From: an uncultured Eubacteriales bacterium
Lineage (GTDB): Bacteria; Bacillota; Clostridia; Oscillospirales; Acutalibacteraceae
Direction of reading: 5' to 3'
DNA length: 64,000 bases
NCBI GenBank assembly: GCA_900318495.1
Contig: ONLA01000025.1
Coordinates: 1,971 to 65,970, forward strand
Below, piece by piece: positions 1 to 9,303 of the stretch. The position numbers and the translations under genes were made by a program. The notes under the pieces are model-generated. The model did no database searches, was not told the DNA's origin, and saw nothing but the letters and a program-made list of their open reading frames with translations. The first letter of the stretch is position 1. Every line of letters begins with the position of its first letter.

Positions 1-1356
1 CCGTTCGCGGCTTCCGCTGCAAACAACAGCCTTACCCTTAAAATGTCAAAGGAAGGCTTTGAGTACGCTGTATATCAGGTAGCTACAATCAACACAGAAA
101 CAGGTGTTTACACACTCAACACAGAGGACGCAAGCGTTACTGCTGCAATGAAGACAATCAACCAGAGCGGTAAGGACTTCCTCGACGCTCTTGACGCTGC
201 TTCCGATCCCGGTACACCTGTAGGCACAGTTAAGAAGGGCACAAACTACACCACTTCTACATTAGGTATCTACTATGCAAGAGTTTCTGCATGGCCTGAC
301 GGCGTACAGAACAAAAAGAACACAGTAGTTGTTCCCCAGTACACAAACGGTGCATGGGAGTTCTCAAGCGCTTCAATTGACCTTTCAACAAACGGTAAGT
401 CAACAAGCGGCGACATTGGCGTTGACAAGGGCTTCACAACAGTAGACGACAAGGATCCCAAGTTCAAGGGTCAGGGCGAAACTGTTACATATACTCTTGA
501 GGCTACAGTAGTTGGTTCAACAGACCAGAAGGCTAAAAAGTATGTTATCTTCGATACAATGAGCAAGGGTCTTACCTACAACAACGACGCTAAGGTTTAT
601 TATCTTGACGCAGCAGGCACAGCAGGCAGCGATGTAACAGCTGACTTCATAGTTGATAAAAACAAGACTGACGCTAAGCTCACAGGCGAGTATAAAGACG
701 GTACATTCATCAGCGTAACAGCTAAGACTGAAACACTCGGCGGCACAGCTTTCTATGCTGCAAAGAAGGTTAGAGTTGTTTACACAGCTACAGTTAACAA
801 CAACGCGGTAGTTGGCACACCCGGTAACCCCAACACAGACGGTCTCCAGTACACAAACGCTGCAGATAAGTCTGACGAAGTAGAAGGTCCCGTAGTAAGA
901 GTTTACACTTACATCGCTCGCGCTTACAAGGTTGACGCTTCCAACAACAACACTCCTCTCGCAGGCGCTACAATCGGTCTCTTCAGCACACAGGCTAACG
1001 CTGCTGCAGGCACAACCCCAATTGCTTCAGGCGTAACAGGCAATGACGGCTACGCTAAGTTCATCAAGACAGGCGACAATAACGAAGTAAGACTTGCTCC
1101 CGGCAAATACTATGTTAAGGAGACAGCTGCTCCCAGAGGCTACAACCTCAACACAAAGGTTTACGAGATCACTGTAAGCGATTCAACAAGCGGCGACGGT
1201 GTTAACATTAACGACGTTGCAATCACCAACACAATCTCCAAGCTTCCCCAGACCGGCGGCGAGGGCACAATGATGTTCACAATCATCGGCGGCAGCCTCA
1301 TCCTCATCGCAGGCGCTCTCTTCGTAGTAGTTATGAAGAAGAAGGCTTCAAAATAA
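1..1356 (+). CDS. Major pilin backbone subunit, SpaH/EbpC-like LPXTG protein (5'-partial)
   Basis: The frame is open from base 1 (PFAASAANNSLTLK-MSK...). It has an E-box (YYVKETAAPRGY), an LPQTGG sortase motif, a TM segment and a basic tail, and a class C sortase follows. Confidence 0.9.
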   Translation, partial: PFAASAANNSLTLKMSKEGFEYAVYQVATINTETGVYTLNTEDASVTAAMKTINQSGKDFLDALDAASDPGTPVGTVKKGTNYTTSTLGIYYARVSAWPDGVQNKKNTVVVPQYTNGAWEFSSASIDLSTNGKSTSGDIGVDKGFTTVDDKDPKFKGQGETVTYTLEATVVGSTDQKAKKYVIFDTMSKGLTYNNDAKVYYLDAAGTAGSDVTADFIVDKNKTDAKLTGEYKDGTFISVTAKTETLGGTAFYAAKKVRVVYTATVNNNAVVGTPGNPNTDGLQYTNAADKSDEVEGPVVRVYTYIARAYKVDASNNNTPLAGATIGLFSTQANAAAGTTPIASGVTGNDGYAKFIKTGDNNEVRLAPGKYYVKETAAPRGYNLNTKVYEITVSDSTSGDGVNINDVAITNTISKLPQTGGEGTMMFTIIGGSLILIAGALFVVVMKKKASK

Positions 1357-1399
1357 TTTATAGTATTATTAAGTCAATAATTTATAAATAATTTGCTTT

Positions 1400-1434
1400 A
1401 CGGCTCAAAATCCGCTTCGGGTTTTGAGCCGTTT
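1400..1434 (+). terminator. Rho-independent terminator after pilin gene
   Basis: ACGGCTCAAAA...TTTTGAGCCGT hairpin followed by T-rich tract. Confidence 0.75.
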
Positions 1435-1438
1435 GATT

Positions 1439-1619
1439 TTATACACAAACCGCGGAGAACTTCCATTCGCGGTTTATACTAATTCCTGATAGAAAGTAGA
1501 CTTATATTTTGCGAGGATATTTTTCGCAAGACAAGGCGAAGGACGCGGCAAGGCTGGCGCCTTGCAAGTTAGGTATTAGTATTATACACAAACCGCGGAG
1601 AACTTCCATTCGCGGTTTA
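1439..1619. repeat. Perfect 38-bp direct repeat (1439-1476 and 1582-1619) flanking MITE copy A
   Basis: TTATACACAAACCGCGGAGAACTTCCATTCGCGGTTTA occurs on both sides of the element. Confidence 0.95.
1475..1583 (+). mobile_element. MITE family 1, copy A (internally deleted)
   Basis: Starts TATACTAATTCCTGATAG, ends TTAGGTATTAGTA; left arm identical to 27561-27653 and 49385-49478. Confidence 0.85.
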
Positions 1620-1690
1620 CTGTTTAATGGGCTTGCGTTTTTTTCCTTGTGTGTTATAATGAGTATATAAATTATAAAAAGGAAAACGTA

Positions 1691-2602
1691 ATGAAAAAAA
1701 TAGTTCCTATAATTGTTATTTTACTGATTTTCTTAATCGGTGTGGGAATTCTCAGTTATCCGCTTATCAGTTCGGTAATAAACAACATTGATATGCGAAA
1801 CGCTGAGGACACCTATGTTGAAAAGGCGAAGCAAATGGAGCCTGCCGATATAAAAAAGCAATTTGACGAGGCGAACGCTTACAACGAAAGCTTAATATCA
1901 AATATGATTTTGACCGACCCGTTTGATGAGGAAGCTTATAAGAAAATCGGAGAACGCTATACCAAGGTGTTTAATACAGGTCCTGCCGGACTGATGGGTT
2001 ATATAAAAATTCCGAAAATCAATGTAAACCTGCCAATCTATCACGGCACCTCGCTCGAGGTGCTGTCAAAGGGCGCCGGACACCTCGAAAACACCTCGCT
2101 GCCTGTTGGCGGCAAGGGTACTCACAGCGTAATTTCCGCGCACTCTGCGTATCCTACCCAAACATTTTTTGATTATCTCACCGAAATGAGCGTGGGCGAC
2201 AGCTTTTATGTTTATGTGCTTGACCGCGTTTTGAAGTATGATGTAGATCAAATTAAGGTGGTTTTGCCTAACGACACTTCAAACCTGTACATTGAGCACG
2301 ATAAGGATTATATGACGCTTATTACCTGCACTCCCTACACAGTCAACACCCACCGCCTGCTTGTGCGCGGCAAACGGGTTGATTATAATCCAAACGAAAA
2401 AGCCGAGGTTGATGCTGTAACAGGCGGCGAAGGCTATATGTTTTTCTTCGGATACCGTTTGTCTTTTTGGGCAATCGGAGGAATAATTGCAGGTTTTCTG
2501 CTGTTTGTCGTTATATCAATAGTGCTGATTGTAATGTTCCGCCGCAACCGCAGAAATAAAAACAAAAATAAAAAAATTACTGATAAAAGCGACTCGAGTT
2601 GA
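1691..2602 (+). CDS. srtC: Class C (pilus) sortase
   Basis: DPF lid, GAGHLENTSLPVGG, catalytic TLITCTPY, N- and C-terminal TMs; RBS AAGGA before ATG 1691. Confidence 0.93.
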   Translation: MKKIVPIIVILLIFLIGVGILSYPLISSVINNIDMRNAEDTYVEKAKQMEPADIKKQFDEANAYNESLISNMILTDPFDEEAYKKIGERYTKVFNTGPAGLMGYIKIPKINVNLPIYHGTSLEVLSKGAGHLENTSLPVGGKGTHSVISAHSAYPTQTFFDYLTEMSVGDSFYVYVLDRVLKYDVDQIKVVLPNDTSNLYIEHDKDYMTLITCTPYTVNTHRLLVRGKRVDYNPNEKAEVDAVTGGEGYMFFFGYRLSFWAIGGIIAGFLLFVVISIVLIVMFRRNRRNKNKNKKITDKSDSS

Positions 2603-2743
2603 TTGAGTCGCTTTTTCTTGATTGTATTTGGAAAAATATATAGAAAAATTAGTAAATTTTGATAGATTGTGCTTGAATTTGCTCAGAATTGGAGTTATAC
2701 TAATAATATAAACAAAATGCCGATTAATTCAGGAGGTAAAAAT

Positions 2744-3892
2744 ATGGCAAACAGAATAATTCTCAATATGGTTTCACATCACGGCAAGGGAGCAATCAGG
2801 GAAATCCCGGGCATTGCTCAGACAAAGGGCTTTAAGCACATTTTTGTGTGCTCCGATCCCGATCTTATCAAGTTCGGTGTAACCGCCAAGGTTACCGGTT
2901 TGCTTGATGAGGCAAAAATACCCTACACTGTTTATTCGGGAATTAAGCCCAATCCCACAATCGAAAATGTTAAGGACGGTGTTGAAGCGTTCAAGGCGTG
3001 CGGAGCCGACTCGATTATTACAATCGGCGGCGGTTCTTCAATGGACACCGCCAAGGCAATCGGAGTAATAATTACCAACCCCGAATTTGCCGACGTACGT
3101 TCGCTCGAGGGCGTAGCTCCCACAAAAAACCACGCGGTTCCCACAATCGCGGTTCCGACAACCGCCGGTACGGCTGCCGAGGTAACGATCCATTATGTTA
3201 TTACCGACACAGAAAAAGAGCGTAAGTTTGTTTGCGTTGACGAGCACGATATCCCCGAGGTTGCCATTGTTGATCCCGATATGATGTCGTCAATGCCCAA
3301 GGGACTCACAGCCGCTACGGGTATGGACGCGCTCACACACGCGATTGAGGGTTACACCACAAAGGCAGCGTGGGAAATGACCGATATGTTCCATCTTGAA
3401 GCTATCCGTCTTATCGCGAAAAATCTCAGAGGCGCTGTTGAAAACATTCCCGAAAACCGCGAGGGTATGGCTCTTGCCCAATATGTTGCCGGTATGGGAT
3501 TTTCAAACGTAGGTCTGGGAATTGCACACTCGATTGCGCACACTCTCGGGGCGCACTATGACACACCTCACGGCGTTGCCTGCGCAATGATGCTACCGAT
3601 TGTAATGGAGTACAATCAGGAATATACAGGCGAAAAATTCCGTGAAATCGCAAGAGCTATGGGAGTTAAGGGCGTTGATGAAATGACCTGTGAGGAATAC
3701 AGAAAGGCCGCTGTTGACGCTGTAAAACAGCTTTCCGCCGACGTCGGAATCCCCGAAAAGAACGAAAAGATCAGGGAAGAAGACCTTGAACAGCTTGCTC
3801 AGGACGCGTACGCCGATGCCTGCCGTCCCGGAAATTCCCGTGACACAAGCGTTGAGGAGCTTAAAGAGCTTTACAGAAAAATTATGCCCTAA
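2744..3892 (+). CDS. fucO: Lactaldehyde reductase / iron-containing alcohol dehydrogenase
   Basis: MANRIILN start, GGGSSMD, PTTAGT, DALTHAIEGY, metal-binding His residues; RBS AGGAGG. Confidence 0.9.
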   Translation: MANRIILNMVSHHGKGAIREIPGIAQTKGFKHIFVCSDPDLIKFGVTAKVTGLLDEAKIPYTVYSGIKPNPTIENVKDGVEAFKACGADSIITIGGGSSMDTAKAIGVIITNPEFADVRSLEGVAPTKNHAVPTIAVPTTAGTAAEVTIHYVITDTEKERKFVCVDEHDIPEVAIVDPDMMSSMPKGLTAATGMDALTHAIEGYTTKAAWEMTDMFHLEAIRLIAKNLRGAVENIPENREGMALAQYVAGMGFSNVGLGIAHSIAHTLGAHYDTPHGVACAMMLPIVMEYNQEYTGEKFREIARAMGVKGVDEMTCEEYRKAAVDAVKQLSADVGIPEKNEKIREEDLEQLAQDAYADACRPGNSRDTSVEELKELYRKIMP

Positions 3893-3912
3893 TTTCATAT
3901 TGAGCAACAATA

Positions 3913-3953
3913 ATAACGGAGCTGACGTTTTAAACGCGCGTCAGCTCCGTTAT
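3913..3953. terminator. Bidirectional terminator between convergent genes
   Basis: ATAACGGAGCTGACG...CGTCAGCTCCGTTAT 15-bp stem. Confidence 0.75.
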
Positions 3954-3968
3954 CCGTTTTTGAAATAA

Positions 3969-4169
3969 TTATACATACATATAGTCCATTCCGTAAGCTT
4001 TTGCCGTCGGTTCGTCATAGGAACTGTCCTCGTTTTCCGGAAGAACCGCGGTGGTTGTCATAGATTGGGATTTCATCACCTTTTTTGACCTGCCCTTTGA
4101 AAGCTTGCCTGCTGTTACGGCTGTAGCCGCCGAAATCCACATTGCCGCCAATAATAAAAGTTTTAACAT
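3969..4169 (-). CDS. Small hypothetical protein (66 aa) with hydrophobic N-terminus
   Basis: Strong RBS (AAAGGAG) 8 nt before ATG, own promoter and terminator, fills the intergenic gap. Confidence 0.65.
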   Translation of the reverse strand: MLKLLLLAAMWISAATAVTAGKLSKGRSKKVMKSQSMTTTAVLPENEDSSYDEPTAKAYGMDYMYV

Positions 4170-4202
4170 TTGAATTGCTCCTTTCGTTTATTTGTTGCCA
4201 TA

Positions 4203-4238
4203 ATAATAGCATACCCACTGTGACAAGATAATGACAAA
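4203..4238 (-). promoter_or_regulatory. Promoter with TGTCA-N6-TGTCA direct repeat (OmpR/PhoB-type box) and extended -10
   Basis: Minus strand TTTGTCATTATCTTGTCACAGTGGGTATGCTATTAT; 29/36 identical to 47675-47710. Confidence 0.65.
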
Positions 4239-4341
4239 TACGGATAAGCTTTGAGATTTTGTAAAAATAAAAAATATTGACTACATTCTCTCAAAATGCT
4301 ATAATTTTCACAGTAAACGACATTTTACGACGGAGGTATAT

Positions 4342-5877
4342 ATGGTTAATTCGGAAAAAGTTCAAGTTAAATATTTCAGCGGTTACATCCGCAACTGGAA
4401 AAAGCTTTGCGCTGAGCTTGAAATCGCGGAAGATTTGAGCCGCGAAGAGCGTGAAGCCCAAATAATAAAAAATGCCTACGCCACGTGGCAGACAGATTTG
4501 ACCGAGCACATTTTCGGAGCTTTCGCAATCGGCGTTTATGACGCGCAGGCAGGTAAGCTTTTTGTAATCAGGGATCAGGTAGGACAAAAGCAGATGTTCT
4601 ACAGCGTAATAAACGGCGAGCTTGTTTATTCCGGCGACATCAACGAAATTGCCGCCGCCGACGGCTTTGAAAAGCGGCTGAACAGGCGTATGCTTCAGCA
4701 ATACCTGTTTTACGGCTACCCTATCGGCAGCGAGACCTTTTACGAGGGTGTAAATAAGCTGATGCCCGGCTGCTATATTGAATGGGACGGCAAAAACGCT
4801 GCGGTTCACCGTTACTTCAAGCCTGAATTTGAGCCTGACAACAGCAAGACAGCGGATGAATGGGCTGCTGAAATCGAGAAGGTTGTTGAGGAAATTCTCG
4901 GCGAGGAACGTGAAGACGCCCGGCTTCCTTACAAGGAAAGCTTTCTTTCGGGCGGCGTTGATTCGTCGTATCTTTTCGCGGCGAGCGACGCGGCGTGCGC
5001 GAACACAATCGGTTATGAGGAATCAGGCTTTGACGAGTCCGCCCTCGCGCGCCTTACCGCCGAGGTTCTCGGTAAGGATTTCCGTGTGAAAATGATTAAT
5101 CCGGAGGAGTATTTTGACCGTATCCCCGCTGTTATAGATAAAATGGGACAGCCGCTCGGCGATGCTTCCGCAGTTGCGTTCTCAATCGGCTGCACAGCCG
5201 TAAGGGAACACGCAAGGGTTGTTTATTCGGGCGAGGGAATCGACGAGTTTTTCGGCGGCTACAACGCGCATAAGCGCCATATTCCGTCAGACTGGACGTA
5301 CCTTACCTGCTCGCACATTATGTCCGGAGACGTTGTAAGGTCAATTATGCTCGATTATGACGAAACGGTTGACCCTGCCGAGCCCGTTGCCGAGCTTTGG
5401 AAGTCTGTTCAGGGACAGGACGAGCTTGCGCAAAAGCTTACTGTTGACATCTCGCTTTGGCTTGAAGGCGACATTTATCTAAACACCGACCGCACCAGCA
5501 CAGCCTGCGGTATCGAGCTTCACACGCCGTTCAGCGACCTCAGACTGTTTGACGTGGCGCGCAGAATTCCCGCGGAGTATAAGTTCTTTGAGGATTACAA
5601 CAAGTATGCTTTCCGAAAGGCGGCTTCTTCAAAGCTGCCTGACGAGGTTGCTTTCCGCAAAAAGGTCGGATTTGCCGTTCCGGTGCGCAAGTGGCTTGCC
5701 AACGCTCAGTTTAACCTGCCGATTGCGGACAAGCTTTTCGGAGAAACCTCACAAAAGTTCTTTAACCAAGCTGAGCTTAAGGACTGGTGGACACGCTACC
5801 TTGCCGGCGAGGAAACGCTGTGGAGCAGAATTTACGCTGTTTACGCGTTCCTGCTCTGGTATGACCTGAAATTTTAA
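4342..5877 (+). CDS. Asparagine synthetase-like ATP pyrophosphatase lacking the N-terminal catalytic Cys
   Basis: LSGGVDSS PP-loop, SGEGIDEFFGGY, RKKVGF; shortened GATase domain without Cys1 or NGEIYN. Confidence 0.85.
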   Translation: MVNSEKVQVKYFSGYIRNWKKLCAELEIAEDLSREEREAQIIKNAYATWQTDLTEHIFGAFAIGVYDAQAGKLFVIRDQVGQKQMFYSVINGELVYSGDINEIAAADGFEKRLNRRMLQQYLFYGYPIGSETFYEGVNKLMPGCYIEWDGKNAAVHRYFKPEFEPDNSKTADEWAAEIEKVVEEILGEEREDARLPYKESFLSGGVDSSYLFAASDAACANTIGYEESGFDESALARLTAEVLGKDFRVKMINPEEYFDRIPAVIDKMGQPLGDASAVAFSIGCTAVREHARVVYSGEGIDEFFGGYNAHKRHIPSDWTYLTCSHIMSGDVVRSIMLDYDETVDPAEPVAELWKSVQGQDELAQKLTVDISLWLEGDIYLNTDRTSTACGIELHTPFSDLRLFDVARRIPAEYKFFEDYNKYAFRKAASSKLPDEVAFRKKVGFAVPVRKWLANAQFNLPIADKLFGETSQKFFNQAELKDWWTRYLAGEETLWSRIYAVYAFLLWYDLKF

Positions 5878-6082
5878 ACACAATCAGCTTGCGCGGAGTG
5901 AACGCTGTCACTGTTCGTTCCGCGCTTTTGTAATTGTATAACAAATTATAAATTATGTTATGACGATTGTATTTTAACTTAAAATAGCTTATAATAAAGA
6001 AAATTGAAGTTAATATTAAAGACGGGTTTATTCGAAGGCGGTTTTATTCGCGTATAATCCAAGTTTAAGTAAGGAGAATACT

Positions 6083-6424
6083 ATGGTAACTATAGATAAA
6101 CTTAACAGCTTTGGCGCCGACACTGCCGAGGGTATCGCGCGCTGCTGCGGAAGCGAAGCTCTGTACATAAGACTAATTAAAATGATTCCCAATGAAAAAA
6201 ACTTTGATAATCTTGAAAAAGCGCTTAATGAAAACGACCTCGACAAGGCGTTTGAGGCTGCTCACGCGTTAAAGGGAGTAACAGGCAACCTTTCGCTCAC
6301 ACCGATGTTTGAAAAATGCTGCGAAATGACCGAGCTCCTGCGTTCGCGCACGCAAATGGATTACGAGTCTATGCTCGCCGAGCTTCTCGGAATGCGCGAC
6401 CGGATTACCGATATGTTATACTAA
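6083..6424 (+). CDS. Stand-alone Hpt (histidine phosphotransfer) domain protein
   Basis: AAHALKGVTGNL motif; stop codon lies inside the MITE terminus. Confidence 0.85.
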   Translation: MVTIDKLNSFGADTAEGIARCCGSEALYIRLIKMIPNEKNFDNLEKALNENDLDKAFEAAHALKGVTGNLSLTPMFEKCCEMTELLRSRTQMDYESMLAELLGMRDRITDMLY

Positions 6425-6545
6425 TACCTAATAAAAAGTAGCCAATCTTTGCGGTCTATTTTCCGCAATACTGCGTTGTCGTCCTTGCAAGGCGCCAGCC
6501 TTGCCGCGTCAAATATAAGTCTACTTTCTATCAGGAATTAGTATA
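6417..6545 (-). mobile_element. MITE family 1, copy B (both termini, ~32-bp internal deletion)
   Basis: TATACTAATACCTAATAAAAAGTAG ... CTACTTTCTATCAGGAATTAGTATA. Confidence 0.85.
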
Positions 6546-6584
6546 AAAACAACTGCGGCTCTTGTCTGAGCCGCAGTTGTTTTT
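6545..6584. terminator. Bidirectional terminator
   Basis: AAAAACAACTGCGGCTC-TTGTCT-GAGCCGCAGTTGTTTTT. Confidence 0.8.
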
Positions 6585-6607
6585 GTGGTATGATACGCGA
6601 ATAATCT

Positions 6608-7495
6608 CTATTTCATCGGCACCATGTCTAAATGCTTTGTGCCGTTTTCCGATATTACCTTAACCTCATATTTATATTGTTTGTTTCCGTCGGTTACGGT
6701 TATTACAGTCGGTTCAAGCTTTTTGATGTGCATATTAATATGCGCGTCCTCATAGTCAACAATCTCGATTGTACCGAATGAATCGTCGTCAAACACCGCA
6801 ACCGCACTGTGCGACAGCTTGGGGTAGTCAGGGAGCGTCATACCGATTGATATTTCGGTGTTTAGCGTGGACACAACGGTTATAATAATTATAATTACGG
6901 CGACTCCCAAGCCAACCGCCCACTGCGCAAGCTTATTGCAGAATGCGTAAAGGTAAAGGAATATTTGTCCGTAACAGAAAAGCATCGCTAAAATATGATT
7001 CGGAAACGTGGTGATTGTTTGGTTCAAATATGCAGTGCCGACGTAAGCCATATACGTAATTACGGGTAATAACAATAAAAGACTTATCCAGTTTCTTTTT
7101 TTCAGGTACCATCCGGCAAAAGCCATCGGAAAAGTAAGCAGTGTCCATATGAACCAATATTTATAATACATAAAAAGTCCGAACCCCATATAACTGAAGG
7201 GAACCTGGAACAAATAAATCAGCGGTTGGCTAATCAGAAAGAACACAAAGGTTTTTAGCGCCGATTCAAGCGGCTTTTTGCAGTTGACCATTATAATTAT
7301 CGCGAACAGAAACCACGCCTCAAAGGTTACGCCCATTTCGCGAAAGGATGTGTTTTCAAAAATCGGGACAATAAGAAATATTGAAGTTACAGCAGCCGAA
7401 GCGACTGCGAAAATAATTACTGTCAGCCAGCTCATATTAAGACCGCCGAAAAGCTTGTCTGTAATAATTCTAACTTTACTTTTTTCTTTAACCAT
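6608..7495 (-). CDS. Multi-pass membrane protein of unknown function
   Basis: ~7 hydrophobic segments plus soluble C-terminal domain; RBS GAGGAG. Confidence 0.75.
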   Translation of the reverse strand: MVKEKSKVRIITDKLFGGLNMSWLTVIIFAVASAAVTSIFLIVPIFENTSFREMGVTFEAWFLFAIIIMVNCKKPLESALKTFVFFLISQPLIYLFQVPFSYMGFGLFMYYKYWFIWTLLTFPMAFAGWYLKKRNWISLLLLLPVITYMAYVGTAYLNQTITTFPNHILAMLFCYGQIFLYLYAFCNKLAQWAVGLGVAVIIIIITVVSTLNTEISIGMTLPDYPKLSHSAVAVFDDDSFGTIEIVDYEDAHINMHIKKLEPTVITVTDGNKQYKYEVKVISENGTKHLDMVPMK

Positions 7496-7519
7496 ATAAA
7501 ACTCCTCTTTTTACAAATA

Positions 7520-7555
7520 TTTAGGCAACATCTGAATTATGCGGTATTGCCTAAA
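7520..7555 (-). repeat. Palindromic repeat family 2 (degenerate copy)
   Basis: TTTAGGCAACATCTGAATTATGCGGTATTGCCTAAA matches the reverse complement of 11453-11495 with a short deletion. Confidence 0.8.
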
Positions 7556-7701
7556 GCATCATAACCTTCGCATGCTATTATACACTAAACCGGGAAAAAA
7601 GTCACTACAAATGTTAAGATATTTTTGTTTTGTTAATTGCGTTTCTTTGATTTTTATTGTAATATATAGTTGTATAGAATTATACAGAAAGGATGAAAAA
7701 T

Positions 7702-8706
7702 ATGTCAAGCGAAAAAGTTACCGCAGGCTGCGGCGGCGAACGCTATGTTCCCTACAGCGAACGAAGCGGAAACGAATCGGTTGTGTACTTCACACGCGAC
7801 CTTTCACCCGAGGGACTCAAAAAGGCTTACGAAAAGGTCAACGGAGAAATGAAGGGCAAAATCGGCGTTAAGCTTCACACAGGCGAACCTCACGGCCCCA
7901 ACATTATTCCCCACGGCTGGGTTAAGGAGCTTATGGAGTCAGAGCCGGAGCTGAAAAACGCGGCTATTGTTGAAACAAATACCTATTATGAGGGCGACCG
8001 CTACACCACCGAACAGCACCTTGAAACTCTGAAAATTAACGGCTGGACATTTTGCCCCGTTGATATAATGGATTCCGATGGTACGGTAATGCTGCCTATA
8101 AACGGCGGAAAATGGATGAAGGAAATGTGCCACGGGTCGCATATGACAGATTACGATTCTATGCTTGTGCTCACACACTTTAAAGGTCACACAATGGGCG
8201 GCTTCGGCGGTTCAAACAAAAACATAGGAATCGGCTGCGCGGACGGCAGAATCGGCAAAAAATGGATTCACACACGCGAGGGTGAAGATATGTGGTCGAT
8301 TGCCGAGGAGGAGCTGATGGAGCGAATCACCGAATCCACCAAAGCGACGATGGATTTCTTCGGCAAAAACATCACCTATGTCAACGTAATGCGCAATATG
8401 TCGGTTTCCTGTGACTGCGAGGGAGTGGACGCTGAGCCGGTTGTTACTCCCAACGTCGGAATTTTGGCTTCAACCGACATTCTGGCTCTTGACCAAGCCT
8501 GCGTCGATTTAATCTACGCAATGCGGAAGGACGAAAATCACGCTCTTGTTGAACGCATTGAAACCCGTCACGGTCACCGCCAGCTCAGTTATATGAAAGA
8601 AATGGGTATGGGCAACGACAGGTATGTTCTTATTGACCTCGACAACGGCGAAGTCCGTATGGAACAAAAACAGGCTGTAGAAAATTTAAAACCGTTCACA
8701 TCGTAA
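7702..8706 (+). CDS. DUF362 domain Fe-S protein
   Basis: VKLHTGE, HFKGH..GGFGGSNKNIGIGCA, SCDC, DILALDQAC motifs. Confidence 0.8.
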   Translation: MSSEKVTAGCGGERYVPYSERSGNESVVYFTRDLSPEGLKKAYEKVNGEMKGKIGVKLHTGEPHGPNIIPHGWVKELMESEPELKNAAIVETNTYYEGDRYTTEQHLETLKINGWTFCPVDIMDSDGTVMLPINGGKWMKEMCHGSHMTDYDSMLVLTHFKGHTMGGFGGSNKNIGIGCADGRIGKKWIHTREGEDMWSIAEEELMERITESTKATMDFFGKNITYVNVMRNMSVSCDCEGVDAEPVVTPNVGILASTDILALDQACVDLIYAMRKDENHALVERIETRHGHRQLSYMKEMGMGNDRYVLIDLDNGEVRMEQKQAVENLKPFTS

Positions 8707-8724
8707 CCGAAAGGAGTTAAATAT

Positions 8725-9303
8725 ATGTTTGAAAAAGCTTTAACACAAAGAAGCACGGCAGCAGGTAAAAAAATAACCCTTAAAGCTCTGCTTTCGGCAG
8801 GACTGATTGCGCTTGCGGTTATTTTGCCCCAGATTGTCCACATCGCGCTCGGTCAGCCCGGAGGCGTTCAGCTTTTGCCGATGTACCTGCCGGTATTGCT
8901 CGGCGGCTGTCTGCTCGGCTCAAAATGGGCGCTGGCTGTAGGCGTAATGTCGCCGGTTGTAAGCTTTGCGATAACCTCACTTATGGGCAGTCCTATGCCC
9001 GCGCTGCAAAGACTTCCGTTTATGATCGCCGAGCTTGCTGTGTTTGCGGTTGTATCGGGACTTTTCACTAATAAAATATATAAAAACGGCATGTGGGCAT
9101 TCCCGGCTGTAATATCGGCTCAAATTGTCGGCAGACTTGTATTCCTCGGTCTTGTCGCTTTATTCCAAAGCGTTGCACCGTTCAGCGTAGCTATGATTTG
9201 GGGACAGATTCAAACAGGTCTTATCGGCTTGGCAATTCAGGCGGTTTTGGTTCCGCTGCTCGTAATCGGAATAAGAGCCCTTATGATAAAGGACAAAAAG
9301 TAA
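8725..9303 (+). CDS. ECF transporter S component
   Basis: Six-TM protein with LLPMYLPVLLGG motif. Confidence 0.8.
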   Translation: MFEKALTQRSTAAGKKITLKALLSAGLIALAVILPQIVHIALGQPGGVQLLPMYLPVLLGGCLLGSKWALAVGVMSPVVSFAITSLMGSPMPALQRLPFMIAELAVFAVVSGLFTNKIYKNGMWAFPAVISAQIVGRLVFLGLVALFQSVAPFSVAMIWGQIQTGLIGLAIQAVLVPLLVIGIRALMIKDKK

